Source: the human T2T-CHM13v2.0 reference genome, Homo sapiens. From it: 64,000 nt of DNA. Location: the NCBI RefSeq assembly GCF_009914755.1, contig NC_060947.1; one strand, given 5' to 3'. Made by a program: the position numbers and the translations under genes. Positions 1 through 17,100 of the stretch are shown here, piece by piece (the first letter of the stretch is position 1; the number at the start of each line of letters is the position of its first letter). The notes beneath the pieces were generated by a model. It worked only from the letters and a program-made list of their open reading frames with translations. It did not search any database and was not told where the DNA came from.

Positions 1-3062
<3,062 letters not shown>

Positions 3063-5822
3063 GACACCTCTGCAAATTCAGGCATTCTAAGGATAGAGAA
3101 ACCTGTTTGACCCAAGGCATTTTATCTGGAGAGTCTCTTGGCAGACTACAAGGCTTTCTGTTGATAGAGACTACAGTCCTACCCTAGGCATTGTAATGAT
3201 AGAGACACTTGTGTGGCCTCAGGCCTTCTCAGCATAGAGGCACCTGGTCAAACCCAGTCATTGTAATGGAAAAGAACCCTGGCCTACCCAAGGCATTCTA
3301 GGAACAGAGACTCCTGCCCAATCCCACGCATTCTAATGAAAGTGACACCTGGGTGACCTCATCATTCGAACGATAGAGACACCTGGCTAACCCCAAGCAT
3401 TCAAATGGGATAGACTCCTGGCTGACCCCAGGCTTTCTAATGATAGAGACTCCTGGCCTATCCCCTGCATTCTAATGAGACACCTGTGGGACCTTAGGCA
3501 TTCTAAGGATAGAGACAACTGGATGATCCCAGGCATTCTAACAGTAGAGATTCCTTACTGACTGAAGGCATTCTAATGATAAAAACTGCTGGTCTATCAA
3601 AGACATTCTAATGAAAGAAACACCTGTGAAACCTCAGGCATTCTAAAGGAATATACACCTGGCCAACCCCAGGCATTCTAGCAGGAGAGACACCTGGCTG
3701 ACCCCAGGCATTCTAATGGGAAAGACACACCTTTGAAACCTCAGGCATTCTAAAGAAATATACACCTGGCCAACCCCAGGCATTCTAGCAGGAGAGACAC
3801 CTGGCTGACCCCAGGCATTCTAATGGGAAAGACTCCTGGCCGACTGCAGGCATTCTAATGAGAGAAACACTGTGCAACATCAGGCATTCTAAAAATAGAG
3901 ACACGTGGCTGATTCCATGCAATCTAACTGCAGAGACTCCTGGCCAACCCTAGGCATTCTAATCATAGAGACTTTTACACAACATCTGACATTTTAAGGG
4001 TAGCGACACCTGGCCTACCACAATAATTTTAATGGGAGAGACTCCTGGCCCACCCCAGACATGCTAATGTTAGAAACACCTGTCCTGCCTCAAGTATCAT
4101 AATGATTGTGACCTGAGGCATTCTAAGGATAGAAACACCTGACCTACCTTTGGCATTCTAATGGGAGAGACTCCTGGCCACCCCAGCTATTCTAAAGGTA
4201 GCTACTACTGGCCAACCTCAGGCATTCTATATGTAGAAATTCCTGGCCAGTCTCAGCCATTCTAATTATAGAGATATGTGAAGGACCTAAGGCATTCTAC
4301 GGATAGACACCTGGTCGACCCCAGTCATTCTATCAAAAAAGACTCCTGCTTACCATAAGCAATCTAATCATAGAGACCTCTGGCAGACCCTAGGGGTTCT
4401 AATGATAAAGAAACCTGTGCTACCTCAGTCTTTCTAAGGATTGAGACACCTTGGAGACCCCAGGCATTCTAATGGGAGAGAATCCTGACAGACCCCAGGC
4501 ATTCTAATAATAGATGCTCCTGGCCAACCCCCAGCATTTTGATTATAGAGACACCTGGGTGACCACAAGAAATCTAAAGATAGACAAGTGGCCGAACTCA
4601 GGCCTTTTAAGGGAACAGACTCCTGACTCATTCCAGGCATTCTAATAATAGAGACACCTCTGTGACCTCAGGCAATCTAAAGACAGAGAAACCTGTGTGA
4701 CCCAAGACATTCTAATGGGAGAGACTCCTGACTGACACCAGGCTTTCTATTGATAGACACTCCAGGCCTACTCCAGGCATTCCAAGGTTAGAGAAATCTG
4801 TGAGACCACAGGAATTTTAAAAATAGAGGCACCTTGCTGATCCAAGACATTGTAATGGGAGAGACCACTGGCCAACCTCAGACATTTTAAGGATAGAGAC
4901 TTTTGGCCAACCCCACAAATTCTAATGATAGAGACACTTGGGCAACCCCAGACTCTGTAACAGGGAGAGACTTCTGGTCACAATCAGGCTTCCTCTTAAT
5001 AGAGACAATTCGACTATCCCAGGTGCTATAATGGTAGATACACCAGGCCAAGCCCAGTCATTTTAACAAGAAAGACCCCTGGCTGACTCCAGGCATTCTA
5101 CCAGGAGAGACTCATGGCCAACCTCAGGAATTTAATGTTATAGACACCTTGGCAACAACAGGCATTCTAAGGATAGAGACACCTGGCCAACCACAGGCAT
5201 TTTAATGAGAGAAACTTCTTGCCAATCCCAGGCATTTTAATGATAGAGACTTTTGGCCTATCATTGGCATTCTAATTATAGAGACGCCTGTGGGACCTCA
5301 AGCATTCTAAGGATAGACACACCTGGGTCACCACAGGCATTCCAATTATAGAGACTCCTGTCTTACCCAAGGCATTCTAATAATAGAGATTCCTGGCCTA
5401 TTCAAGACATTCTAATGATAGAGACACCTGTGTGACCTCAGTCATTCTAAAGAAAAAGACACCTCGCCAATCCCAGGCATTCTAAAGGGAGAGAATCCTG
5501 GCCAAAAAAAGGCATTCTAATGATAGAGACTCCTGCCCTACTCAGGCAATCTGATGATAGAGACAGCTGTGTGACATGAGGCATTCTAAGGATAGAGATA
5601 TCTGGCTGACCCCAGGCAGTCTCATGGGAGACACTACTGGCAGAACTCAGGCATTCTAACATGACAGATCCCTAGCTGACCCTTGGCATTCTAATGATAG
5701 TGACACCTGGGTGACCGCAGACATTCTAAGGATAGAGACACTTACATCTGGCCAATCCAAGGCATTCTAATAGGAGAGACTTTTGGCAGACCCCTGGAAT
5801 TCTAACAAGAGAGAGCCCTGGC
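3063..5822. repeat. 35-bp satellite (HSAT4), segment 1
   Basis: Tandem degenerate units of the form GGCATTCTAATGATAGAGACACCTGGCTGACCCCA (35 bp). Confidence 0.88.
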
Positions 5823-6308
5823 TGTTGGAAACAGTGAGTTCCTCTTCAAAGGTTCTACTTGTCCTCTATTTTCAAAGCACAACTTCCTTGCCTACTTACC
5901 CCTAGTTACAGTAAACATTCCAGCCATTCCCAATCTGTAACCCACATCCTTTCCCAATCTGTAACCCACATCCATTCTCTATCTGTAACAAACCACATTG
6001 CTTCCTTACTTGGTGCTCTTAGTTCCGAAACTGCTCTTCCTACTGCTGTAGACCCCACCCCTGCTCCCTTTTGAAGTAGCCAATCAGAGTGAACTTAGAT
6101 TTTGTGGTCCAACCCCAGCCAATGGGTGACGGACAAAATAGTAGGGACTGACAGCATTAGGGATAAAAACCCCTTCCCTCCTTTGTTCGGTGTGCTCTCA
6201 CAGTGACCAGAAGAATGAGCAGCACCCTTCTGCAGAAGTAAATTTGCCTTGCTGAGAAATTCTTTGAGTCCTCGTTTCGTTTGTGACTCTGAGCTCTTAT
6301 TTCCAACA
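5823..6308 (+). mobile_element. Solo ERV1 LTR, LTR10 family (probably LTR10B-type, HERV-I/HERVIP10)
   Basis: 486 bp with inverted termini TGTTGGAAA...TTTCCAACA, two CCAAT boxes (~6080, ~6119), a TATA-like GATAAAA (~6162), an AGTAAA polyA-like signal (~6237) and an internal 24-bp triplication. Family assigned from recalled terminal sequences. Confidence 0.8.
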
Positions 6309-7829
6309 GGCATTTTAAAGATAGAGACTCCTGGCCAACTCCTGGCATTTTAATTATAGGAACACCTGGGGGAACTCAGGCATTCTAAGGATGGAAACTC
6401 CTTATCGACTTTGAGCATTCTAACGGAAGAGACTCCTGGTCAAACCCAGGATTTCTAAAGACAGAGACACCTGGGAGGCCAATGGCATTCTAAAGGTAGG
6501 AACACCTGAACAACCCCAGGCATTCTAACAATAGAGACTCCTGGCTATCCCGAGACATTCTAATGTCAGAGAGTCCTGGCTCACTCCAGGCATTCCAATG
6601 ATAGAGACACCTGTTAGACCTCAGGCATTCAAAGGATATAGACACCTTGCCCGCCCCAGGCATTCTACAGAAAGAGACTCCTGGATCATCACAGATATTC
6701 TGATAGAGACTCCTGGCTGACCTTAAGTATTCTAATGATAGAGATACCTGGTTGACCTCAGGCATTCTAAGGATAGAGACACATAGCCAGCACAAGGCAT
6801 TCTAATGGGAGAGACTCCTGGCCTACCCCAGGCATTCTGATGATAGAGACTCCTGGCCTACCCCAGCATTGTAATGTTAGAAACACTTGCATGACCTCAG
6901 CCATTTTAAGGGTAGTGACACCTGGTGAGCCCCAGAAATTTTAACGATAGAAACTCCTGGCTTACTACAGGCATTCCAATGATAATGTCACCTGTGCATC
7001 CTCTGATATTTTAAGGACAGACACATCTGGCAGACAAAAGGAATTCTAATGAGGAAGATTCCTGGCCAACCCCAGGCATTCTAATGATAGAGACAACTGT
7101 GAGACCTCAGGCATTCTAAGGATAGAGGCACCTGGCTGGGGCCAGGTATTCTAATGGAAGACACTCCAGGCCAATCCCCTGGCATTCTAATGATAGAGAC
7201 TACTGGCTGACCCCAGACATTCCAATAAAAGAGACACCTGTGTGACATCAGGCATTCTGAGGATAGAGACACCTAGCTGACACCAGGCATTCTAATGGGA
7301 GAAAATTCTGGCCAAACCAAGGCATTCTAACAGGAGAGATTCCTGGCTGACCCCGGGCATTCTAATGACAGAGACTCCTGGCTGATCCCAGTCATTCTAA
7401 CGGGAAAGACTATCCCAGCCATTCTAATGACAGAGACACCTATGTGACCTCAGGCATTCTAAGGATAGAGACTCCTGGCTGACCCCAGGCATTCTAACAA
7501 GAGAGAATCCAGGCTGACCACAGGCATCCAAATGATAGGCACACCTTAGTTACTTCAGGCATTCCAAGGATAAAGACACATTGCTATCATAGGCATTCTA
7601 ATAGGAGAGACTCATTGCTGACCCCAGGCATTCTAATGATAGGGATTCATGGCAGATTCCAAGTATTGGAATGATAAAAACACCTGGGCGACCTCAGGCA
7701 TTTTAAGGATAGAGACACCTGGCCAACCCCAGGCATTCTAAAGGGAAATACTCCTCGTTGACCTCAGGCATTCTAACGATAGGGTCACCTGGGAGACCTC
7801 AGGCATTCAAAGGATAAAGATACCTGGCC
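6309..7829. repeat. 35-bp satellite (HSAT4), segment 2
   Basis: The same 35-bp unit resumes after the LTR. Confidence 0.88.
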
Positions 7830-8136
7830 AGACTGGCATGATGGCTCACTTCTGCAATCCAAGCCCTTTGGGAAGACAAGGTGGGTGGATCACCTGAGGT
7901 TGGGAGTTTGAGACCAGCCTGACCAACATGGAGAAACCCCTTGTATACAAAAAATACAAAATTAGTCAGGCTTGGTGGCACATGCTTGTAATCCCAGGTT
8001 CTCTGGACTGTTAGGCAGGAGAATCACTTCAACCCGGGAGGCGGCAGTTGTGGTGAGCTGAGATCACACCACTGCACTCCAGCCTGGGCAATGAGAGTGA
8101 AATTTAGTCAAAACAAACAAACAAACAAACAAAAAA
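7830..8136 (+). mobile_element. Alu, AluSp-like
   Basis: Dimeric Alu with CCTGACCAACATGGAGAAACCCC, TACAAAATTAG linker and GTTGTGGTGAG (Sp diagnostics); tail decayed to (AAAC)n at ~8110-8136. Confidence 0.9.
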
Positions 8137-11100
8137 TAACACCTGGGTGACCCTGGGCATTCTAATTGGAGAGACTACTGGACAACTACAGGCTTTTCAA
8201 TGATAGGGACATCTGAGTGACCTATGGCATTCTAAGGGTAGGAACACCTGGACAATTTCAGACATTCTAACAATAGAGACTTCTGGCCATCCTGAGACAT
8301 TCTAATGACAGAGACTCCTGACCTACCCAGGCATTCCAATGATGGTCACACCTGTGGGACCACAGAAATTTTAAGGGTATAGACATCTGGCCAACCCCAG
8401 TTATTCTAATGGGAGAGACTCCTGGCCCACACCAGGCATTCTTATAATAGAGACTCCTGGGCCACCCAGGACATTCTTTTGATAGAGACACCTGGGTGAC
8501 CTCAGGCATCCTAAAGATAGAGACACAAGGCCAACCCCAGGCATTCGAGCTGGAGAGGCTCCTGGGCAAACCCAGTCATTCTAACTGGAGAGACTCCTGG
8601 CCCAACCTAGGCATTCTAAAGATAGAGGCAAATGTGCAACCTCAGACATTCTAAGTACAAAGACACCTGGCTGAATGAGACATTCTATCAGGGAGACTCC
8701 TGGCAAAACCTTGGCATTCTAAAGGGAGAGACTCCTGGCAGACCCCAGTCATTCTAATGATAGAGACTCCTGGCCAATCCCAGGCATTCTAAAAATAAAG
8801 ACACCTGTGTGGTCTCATGCATTCTAAGGTTAGAGATACCTGGGCTGATCCCAGGCGTTTTTACAGTAGAGACTTATGGCCGACCACAAGCATTCTAATG
8901 ATAGAGACACCTGGGTGGCCTCAAGCATTCTAACTATAGAGACAAGTGGCCAACCCCAGGCATTTGAATGGAAGAGACTTCTGGCCAACACCAGGCATTT
9001 TTATGATAGGGACTGCTGGCCGCCCTCAAGCATTTAATAAAAGAGACACCTGGACGACCTCAGGCATTCTAAGAATAAAGACACCTGGCCTATCCCAGGC
9101 ATTTTAAAGGGAGAGACTTATTGCTGACTCCAGGCATTTGAATGACAGGGATTCCTGGCCTACTGCAGGTGCTCTAATAATAGAGACACCTGTGGAACCT
9201 CAGGCATTCTAAAGATAGAAACACGTGGTTGACCCCAGGCATTCTATCGGGAAAGACTCCTGGCTGACCCAAGGCATTCTGAGGGGAGAGCCTCATGACT
9301 GACCCCAGGCATTTAATGGATAGAGACACCTGGCTGACCCCAGGCATTCTAATGGGAATACTCCTTGCCAACTTCAGGTGTTCTATTGATACAGACACCT
9401 GGCCTACACCAGGCATTCTAATGACAGAGACACCTTTGTGATATAAGGCATTTTAAGGATAGTGACACCTGGCCGACTCCAGGCATTCTAACTGGAAAGA
9501 CTTTTGACCTGCCACGGGCATTACAATAAGAAAGAGTCCTGGCCGACCCCAGGACTTCAAATGATAGTGACACCTGGCTGACACCAGGTGTTCTAATGAT
9601 AGAGACAGCTGGGGGAACTCGAGCATTCTAGGAATAGAGACACCTGGCTCACCACAGGCATTCTAATGAAAGAGACTACTGGAAGACACAAGACATTCAA
9701 ATGATAAAGACTTCTGGATGACTCCAGGCATTCTAATGATAGACAAACCTGGGCGACCTCAGACAGTCTAAGGACAGAGATGTTTGGCTGACCTTAGGCA
9801 TTCTAACAGGAGAGACTCCTGGCCAACCCCAGGCATTGTAATGAGAGAGACACCCGGGTGACCTCAGGCATTCTAAGTGTAGACACACCAGACCAGGCTG
9901 ACTGCAGGCATTCTAATTATAGAGACACCTGTGCAACCTTAGACATTTTAATCATAGTGACACCTCGCTTAGGCATTCTAACGGGGGAGACTCTTGGCCG
10001 ACTCCAGGTATTCTAATGATAAAGACAAGTGTGCAGGCTCAGCCTTTTAAAGAATAGAAATACCTGGATGACCACAAGCATTCTAATGGGATAGACTTCT
10101 GGCCCATCCCAGGCATTCTAATGGGAGAGAGTTCTGGTTGAGCCAAGGCATTCTAATGGTAGACACTCCTGGACAACTCCAGGTATTCTAATGATAGAGT
10201 CTTCTGGTCAACCTAAGGCATTCTCATCGGAGAAACTCCTGACTGATCCCAGGAATTCTAATGTGAGAATCTCCTGGCCGAACCCAGGCATTCTAATGAT
10301 AGAGACACCTCTGCAACCTCAGCCATTTTAAGGGTTAAGACAACAGCCCAACACTAGCATTTTAATGGGCGAGACTCCAGGCTGACCACAGGTATTGTAA
10401 TGATAAAGAATCCTGGCGTATCCCAAGCATTCTAATGTTAGACACCTGTGCAACTTTATTCTAAGGATAGAGACACCTGGCCGACCCCAGGAATTATAAT
10501 GGGAGAGACTCCTGGTTGACACCAGGCATTCTAATGATAGACACCTGGCCTAACCAAGGCACTCTAATGATAGAGACACCTGTGCCACCACTGGAATTCT
10601 ATGGATAGAGACACCTGGCTGACTCCAAGCATTCTAATGGGAGAGACTTCTGGACGACCCCAGACTTTTTAACCAGAGAAACTCTGGGCCGACCTCAGGC
10701 ATTCTAATGATAGAGAGAGCTGAGGGACCTCAGGCTGTTTAATGGTAGAGACTTCTTGCCAACATCAGGCATTCTAATGATAGAGACATCTGGCTGACCA
10801 CACGCACTCTAATAATAGAGACACCTGAGTGACCCCAAGTATACTAATGGGAGAAAGTCCTTGCTGACCCCAGGCATTCAAGTGATAGAAACAGCTTGAT
10901 GACCTCAGGCATTATAAGGATAGAGACACCTGGCTGACCCAATACATTCCTATGGGAAAGACTCCTGGCTGACCCCAGGCTTATTAATGATAAAGATTCC
11001 TGGCCTACACCAAGAATTCTAATGATAGAGACACTGGTGTGACCTCAGACATTTTAACCCTAGAGACATCTGGCCGATTCCAGGCATTCTAATGGGAGAG

Positions 11101-14100
11101 ACTCCTGGCAGGCCCCAGGCCTTCTAATGATAGAGACTGCTATCTGATCTCAGGCATTCTAATGATAGAGACATTTGTGCGACTTCAGGCAATTTAAGGA
11201 TAGAGACACATGGTGCACGCTAGGCATTCTAAGGGGAAAGACTCTTGGACGACCCCAGGCACTCTAATGATAGAGACTTCTTGCCAACCTCAGGCATTCT
11301 AATGATAGAGATACTTTGGCGACCTCACCTTTCTAACGACAAAGACACCTGGTCAAATCCCAGGCATTTTATTGGGAGAGACTCCTGGCCAACCCCAGGC
11401 ATTCTCATGATAGAGACTCCTGGTCTACCCCAGGCATTCTAATGATACAGTCACCTTTACGACCTCAGACATTTTAAGGATAGAGAAACAAGCATTGTGA
11501 CAGAGACAATCCAGGCCAAAAACAAGCATTCTAATGATAGAGAATCCTGGCTCATCTCAGGCATTCTAATGATAGATGCCTGTGCCCCCTCACTCATTAT
11601 AGGATAGAGGCATCTGGTCAAACCCAGGCATTCTAACAGGAGAGACTACTGGTGGACACAAGATAGCACAAGATAGAGACTCCTGGCCTATCGAGGAATT
11701 CCAATGATAGACCCGTGTGGAACTTCAGTCATTCTAAGGATGGAGACACCTGGCCAACTCCAGGCATTCTAACTGGAGAGACTCCTTGCTGACCCGAGCA
11801 TTCTAATGATAGAGACTCCTGGCCAACACCACGCAGTCTAATGTGAGAGATACCTAGGTGATTTCAGTCATTCTAAGATTAGACACAGGTCAGCGACCCC
11901 ACACATCCTAATGGGAGACATCCTTTGCCTCCCCCAGACATTCTAATTATAGAGACTCCTGGCGAAAAATAGGCATTACAATGACAGAGTCACCTGGGAA
12001 ATCTCAAGCATTCTAAGGGTAAAAACACCTGACCATCACAGGCATTCTAATGTGAGAGACTTCTGGCTGACCCAGGCATTCTAATGGGAGAAAATCCAGG
12101 CCAATCATGGGCATTAAAATGATAGATACACCTGAGCGACCTCAGGCATTCCAAGGATAAAGACACCTGGCCACCATAGGAATTCTAATGTTACAGACAC
12201 CTGGGCGATCTCAGGCTTTATAAGGATAGACACCTGAACAACCCCAGGCCTTCTAATGGGAGAGACTCCTGGATGACCCCTGGCAATCTAATGATAAAGA
12301 CACCTGGCCAACCCCAGGCATACTAATGATAGAGACAGCTTAGCAACCTCAGGTATTCTAAGGATAGAGACACCCAGAGAACAACAGGCATTCTAATGGG
12401 AAAGATTCCTGGTCTAACCCAGGCATTCTATTAAAAGAGACAATAGTCCGACACCAGGCATTGTAATGACAGAGACACTTGCGTGACTTCAGGCATTCTA
12501 AGGATAGAGGCACCTGTCTGACCCCAGGCATTCTAAGAGGAGAGATACCTGTCTGACCTCAGTCATTCAAAGGATAGAGACAATTGGACGTTATTCTAAT
12601 GATAGACTCCTGGCTGACCCCAGGCATTCTAATAATAGAGACACCTGGGTGACCTCAGGCTTCCTAAAGATAGAGAGTTCCAGGCTGACCCAGCCATTTT
12701 AACAAGATAGACAACTTGTCGACCTCTGGCATTCTAACGATAGAGGCTCCTGGCCATCCCCAAGCATTCCAATAATATAGACACCTGTGTAACCTCAGTC
12801 ATTCGAAGGATAGAGACACTTGGACGACTCCAGACATTCTAACAAGTGAGGTAAACGCTCCTGGACTCTCCAAGGCATTTTAACGGTAGAGACACCTGTG
12901 TGACCTCAGACATTCTAAGGGTAGACACCTGGCTGACCCCAGACATTCTAACAAGAGATACTCCTGGCAAACTCAAGGCATTTTTGTGATAGAGACAGGT
13001 GGGCGACTTCAGGCATTCTAAAAATAGAGCTAACTGTGTGACCTCAGGCATTCTAAGGATAGAGACACCTGGCTGATCTGAGGCATTCTAACAAGAGAGA
13101 CTCCTGGCCAACTCTAGGTATTCTAATGATAAAGACTCATTGCCAACTCCAGTCATTCTACTGCTAATGACACCTCAGCGACCTTAGGAATTCTATGAAT
13201 AGAGACACCTGGCCGACCCCAAATATTCTAACAAGAGACTCCTGTCTGACCCCAGACATTTAAATTTAGATAGAGACTCCTGGCTTACTTCAAGCATTCT
13301 AATGATAGAGACACTTGTGTGACCTCAGGCATTCTAATGACAGAGACACCTGGGCAAATCAAGGCATTCTAAAGGCAGAGACGTCTGGACTACATCAGGC
13401 ATTCTAATGATAGAGACACCTGTGAGACCTCAGGAATTTTAACAATAGAGACACCTGGCCAACCCCTGGCATTCTAATGAGAGAGACTTCTGGCCAACAC
13501 AAGGCATTCTAATGACAGAGACTCTTAGCTCTTCCCAGGCATTCTAATGATACAGACACTCAGGTGACATCAGGCATTGTAAGGAGAGAGACAACTGGCC
13601 GACACTAGGCTTTATAGCCCCAGGCATTTCAATGATGGAGGCTCCTGTCATAGCGCAGGCATTTTCATAATACAGACACCTGGGTGACACCAGGCATTCT
13701 AAGGAAAGAGACACCTGGACCACCCAAGGCTCTTTAACGGGAGAGGTTTTTGGTCAACCACAGGCATTCTAGTAATAGAGACTCTTCACTGACCCAGGCA
13801 TTCTAATGATAGAGACATCTGGATGACCTCAGGAGTTCTAAGGATAAAGACACCTGGCCGAAATGCAGACATTATAACAGGGGAGACACCTTTCTGACTC
13901 CAGGCATTCTAATAATAGAGATACCAAGGCGACATCAGGCATTCTAATTATAGAGACACTTGGCCTAGCTCAGGCACTCTAGTGATAGAAACACCTGTGA
14001 AACCTCAGGCATTTTTATGAATAGAGACACCTGGCCGACCCCAGGCATTCTAACTTGAGAGACTCCAGGGCGACTGCAGGCATTCTAATGTTAGAGATTC

Positions 14101-17100
14101 CTGGCCTGTCCTAGGCATTCCAATGATAGACACCTGTGCAACCTTAGGCATTCTGAAAATAGATACACCTGGGAGACGAAAACACCTTATGTGAGAGACT
14201 CCATGCTGACCCCAGGCATTCTAACGAGAGAGACTACTGGAAGACCACAGGCATTCTAATGATATAGATGCTAGAGTGAACTCAGGCATTCTAAAAATAT
14301 AGACACTTGGCTGACTCCAGGCATTTTAACAAGAGAGACTCTTGGACGACTGCAGGCTTTCTAATGATAAAGACACATGGGCGACCTCAGGCATTCTAAG
14401 GGTAGAGACACCTGGCCGAACAAAGGCATTCTAATGGGACAGACTCTTGGCCGACCACAGGCATTCTAATGATAGAGTCTCCTGGCCTATTTCACTCATT
14501 CTAATGATAGAGAAACCTGTGGGACCTCGGGCATTCTAAGGATAGAGATCCCTAACTGAACACAGGCATTTTAAAGGGAGAGACTCCTTGACCACCCCAG
14601 GCATTCTAATGATAGAGACTCCTGGCTGACCCCAGGCATTCTAATGACAGAGACACCTGGGTGACCTCAGGCTTCCTAAATATAGGGAGACCAGGCTGAC
14701 CCAGGTATTCTAACAGGAGAGACTCCTGGCCAACTCCTGGCATTCTACTGATGGAGACCCTTGTACTAGCCCAGGAACTCTAATAATAGAGACACCTGTG
14801 CAACCTCAGACATTTTAAGTATAGAGACACCTGGCTGACTCCAGGCATTCTAGTAGGAGAGACTCCAGGTCGACCCCAGACATTCTAATGATATAAAATC
14901 CTGATGTATCCCAAGCAGTCTAATGATAGACACCTGTTTGACCTCAGACAGTCTAAAAACAGAGACACCAGTATGACCCAAACATTCTAATGGAAGAGAC
15001 TCCTGGCCGACCCCAGGCAATCTAACAGGAGAGACTACTGGCCAACCCCAAGCATTCTAATGATAGAGACACCTGGGCTTACTCAGGCATTCTAAGAATA
15101 AAAACACCTGGCAGACCTGAAACATTCTAATGAGAGACTTCTGGCAGACAGTACTCTTTCCAATAATAGAGACTCCAGGCCTACCAAAAAGCTTTCTAAT
15201 AACAGACACCTGTGTGACTGCAGGGATTCTAAGGATAGAGACACCTGGCTGACCCCAGGCATTTTAACAGGAGTTTTGGCTGACTTCAGGCATTCTAATT
15301 ATAGAGGTTCCTGGCCTACCCTATTATTCTAATGATAGAGAAACCTGTGCAACCTCAGGTATGTTAAGGATGGAGACATCTCGCTGACCCAATGCATACT
15401 AACTGGAAAGACTCCAGACATTCTAATAATAGGAACTCCTGGCCGACCCCAGGCATTCTAATAATAGAGACATCGGGGCGATCTCACCATTCTAAAAATA
15501 GAGACACCTGGCCGACCACAGGCACTCTAACAGGACAAACTCCTGGCCGACCCCAGGCATTCTAATGGGAGAGACTCCTTTCCTATCCCACTCGTTCTAA
15601 TCAGAAAAACCTGTGCGACCTCAGGCAATCTAAGGATAGAGACACGTGACCAAACACAGGCATTCTAAAGGGAAAGACTCCTGGGTGACCCCAGGCATTC
15701 TAAAGATAGAGACACATGGGCGATCTCCGGCATTCTAATAGTGACACCTGCCCCACACTAGTCTTTCTAACGAGAGAGACTCCTGGCCGACACCAGGCAT
15801 TCAAATGATAGACACTCCTAGCTTATCCCAGGCACTCTAATAATAGAGACACCTGTGGGACCTCTGGCATTCTAAGGATAGAGACACCTGACCAATTCCA
15901 GAAATTCTATCAAAAAGAGTCTTGGCCAAACCCATGCACTCCAATGATAAAGATTGCTGGATGACCCCAAGCATTCTAATAATAGAAACACCTGGGCGAC
16001 CTCAGGCATTCCAATGGGAGAGACTCCTGGCTGACCACAGGAATTCTAATGAAAGAGACACCTGGGCAACATCAGGCATCCCATAGAAGGAGACACCTGG
16101 CCAACCCCAGGCATTCCAAAGGGAGAGATTCCTGGTGGACCCCTAACATTCTAACTGAAGAGACCCCTGTCTGACCCCAGGCTTTCTAATTATAGAGACT
16201 CCTGGAAGACCCTAGACATTCTAATGATAGAGATACCTGGAGGACTTCATGCATTCTAAGGATACAGCCCCCAGGGCCAAGACATTCTAGACCCAAGAAA
16301 TTCCAGAAGAAAAGACTCCTGGCCAACCCCAGGCCTTCTAATGAGAAAGACACTGGGCCTACCCAAGGCATTCTAATTATAGATACTCCTGGCCTACCAC
16401 AGGTATTTTAATGACAGAGACACCTGAAAGACCTCATGCTTTCTAAGGATAAAAACCTCTGGGACACTGCAGACATTCCAAGAGGAGAGAGTCCCAGCCA
16501 ACCCCAGGCATTCTAATGATAAAGACTTTTGGCCAACCACAGGCATTTTAATACTAAAGACACCTGTGCAACCTCAGTCATTCTAAAGATAGAGACACCT
16601 AGTCAACCCCAGGCATTCTAACGTGAGAGATACCTGGCTGACCCCAGGCATTTTAATGATAAAGACTCCTGGTTGACCCAAATCGCTCTAATGATAGAGA
16701 CACCTGTGTGACCTCAGTCATTCTAAGGATAGAGACACCTGGCTGACCCTAGGGATTCTAACTGGAGAGGCTTCTGGCCGACCCCAGGCATTCTAATGAT
16801 ACAGACTCGTAGCCGACCCAGTCACTCTAATGATAGAGATACCTGTGCAATCTCAAACATTCTAAGGACAGAAACACCTGGCAGAACCCAAGCATTCTAA
16901 CGGGAGATACTCCTGGCTGTCCCCAGGCATTCTAAGTGAAGAGACTTCTGGTTGACTCTAGGCAATCTAGTGATAGAAACACCTGGGGGACCTCAGGCAA
17001 TCTAATAGGAGAAACTCCTGGCTGACTCCAGCCATTCTTATAATAGAGATTCCAGGCTGAAACCCTGCATTCTAAAAAATAGAGACACGTGGACAACCAT

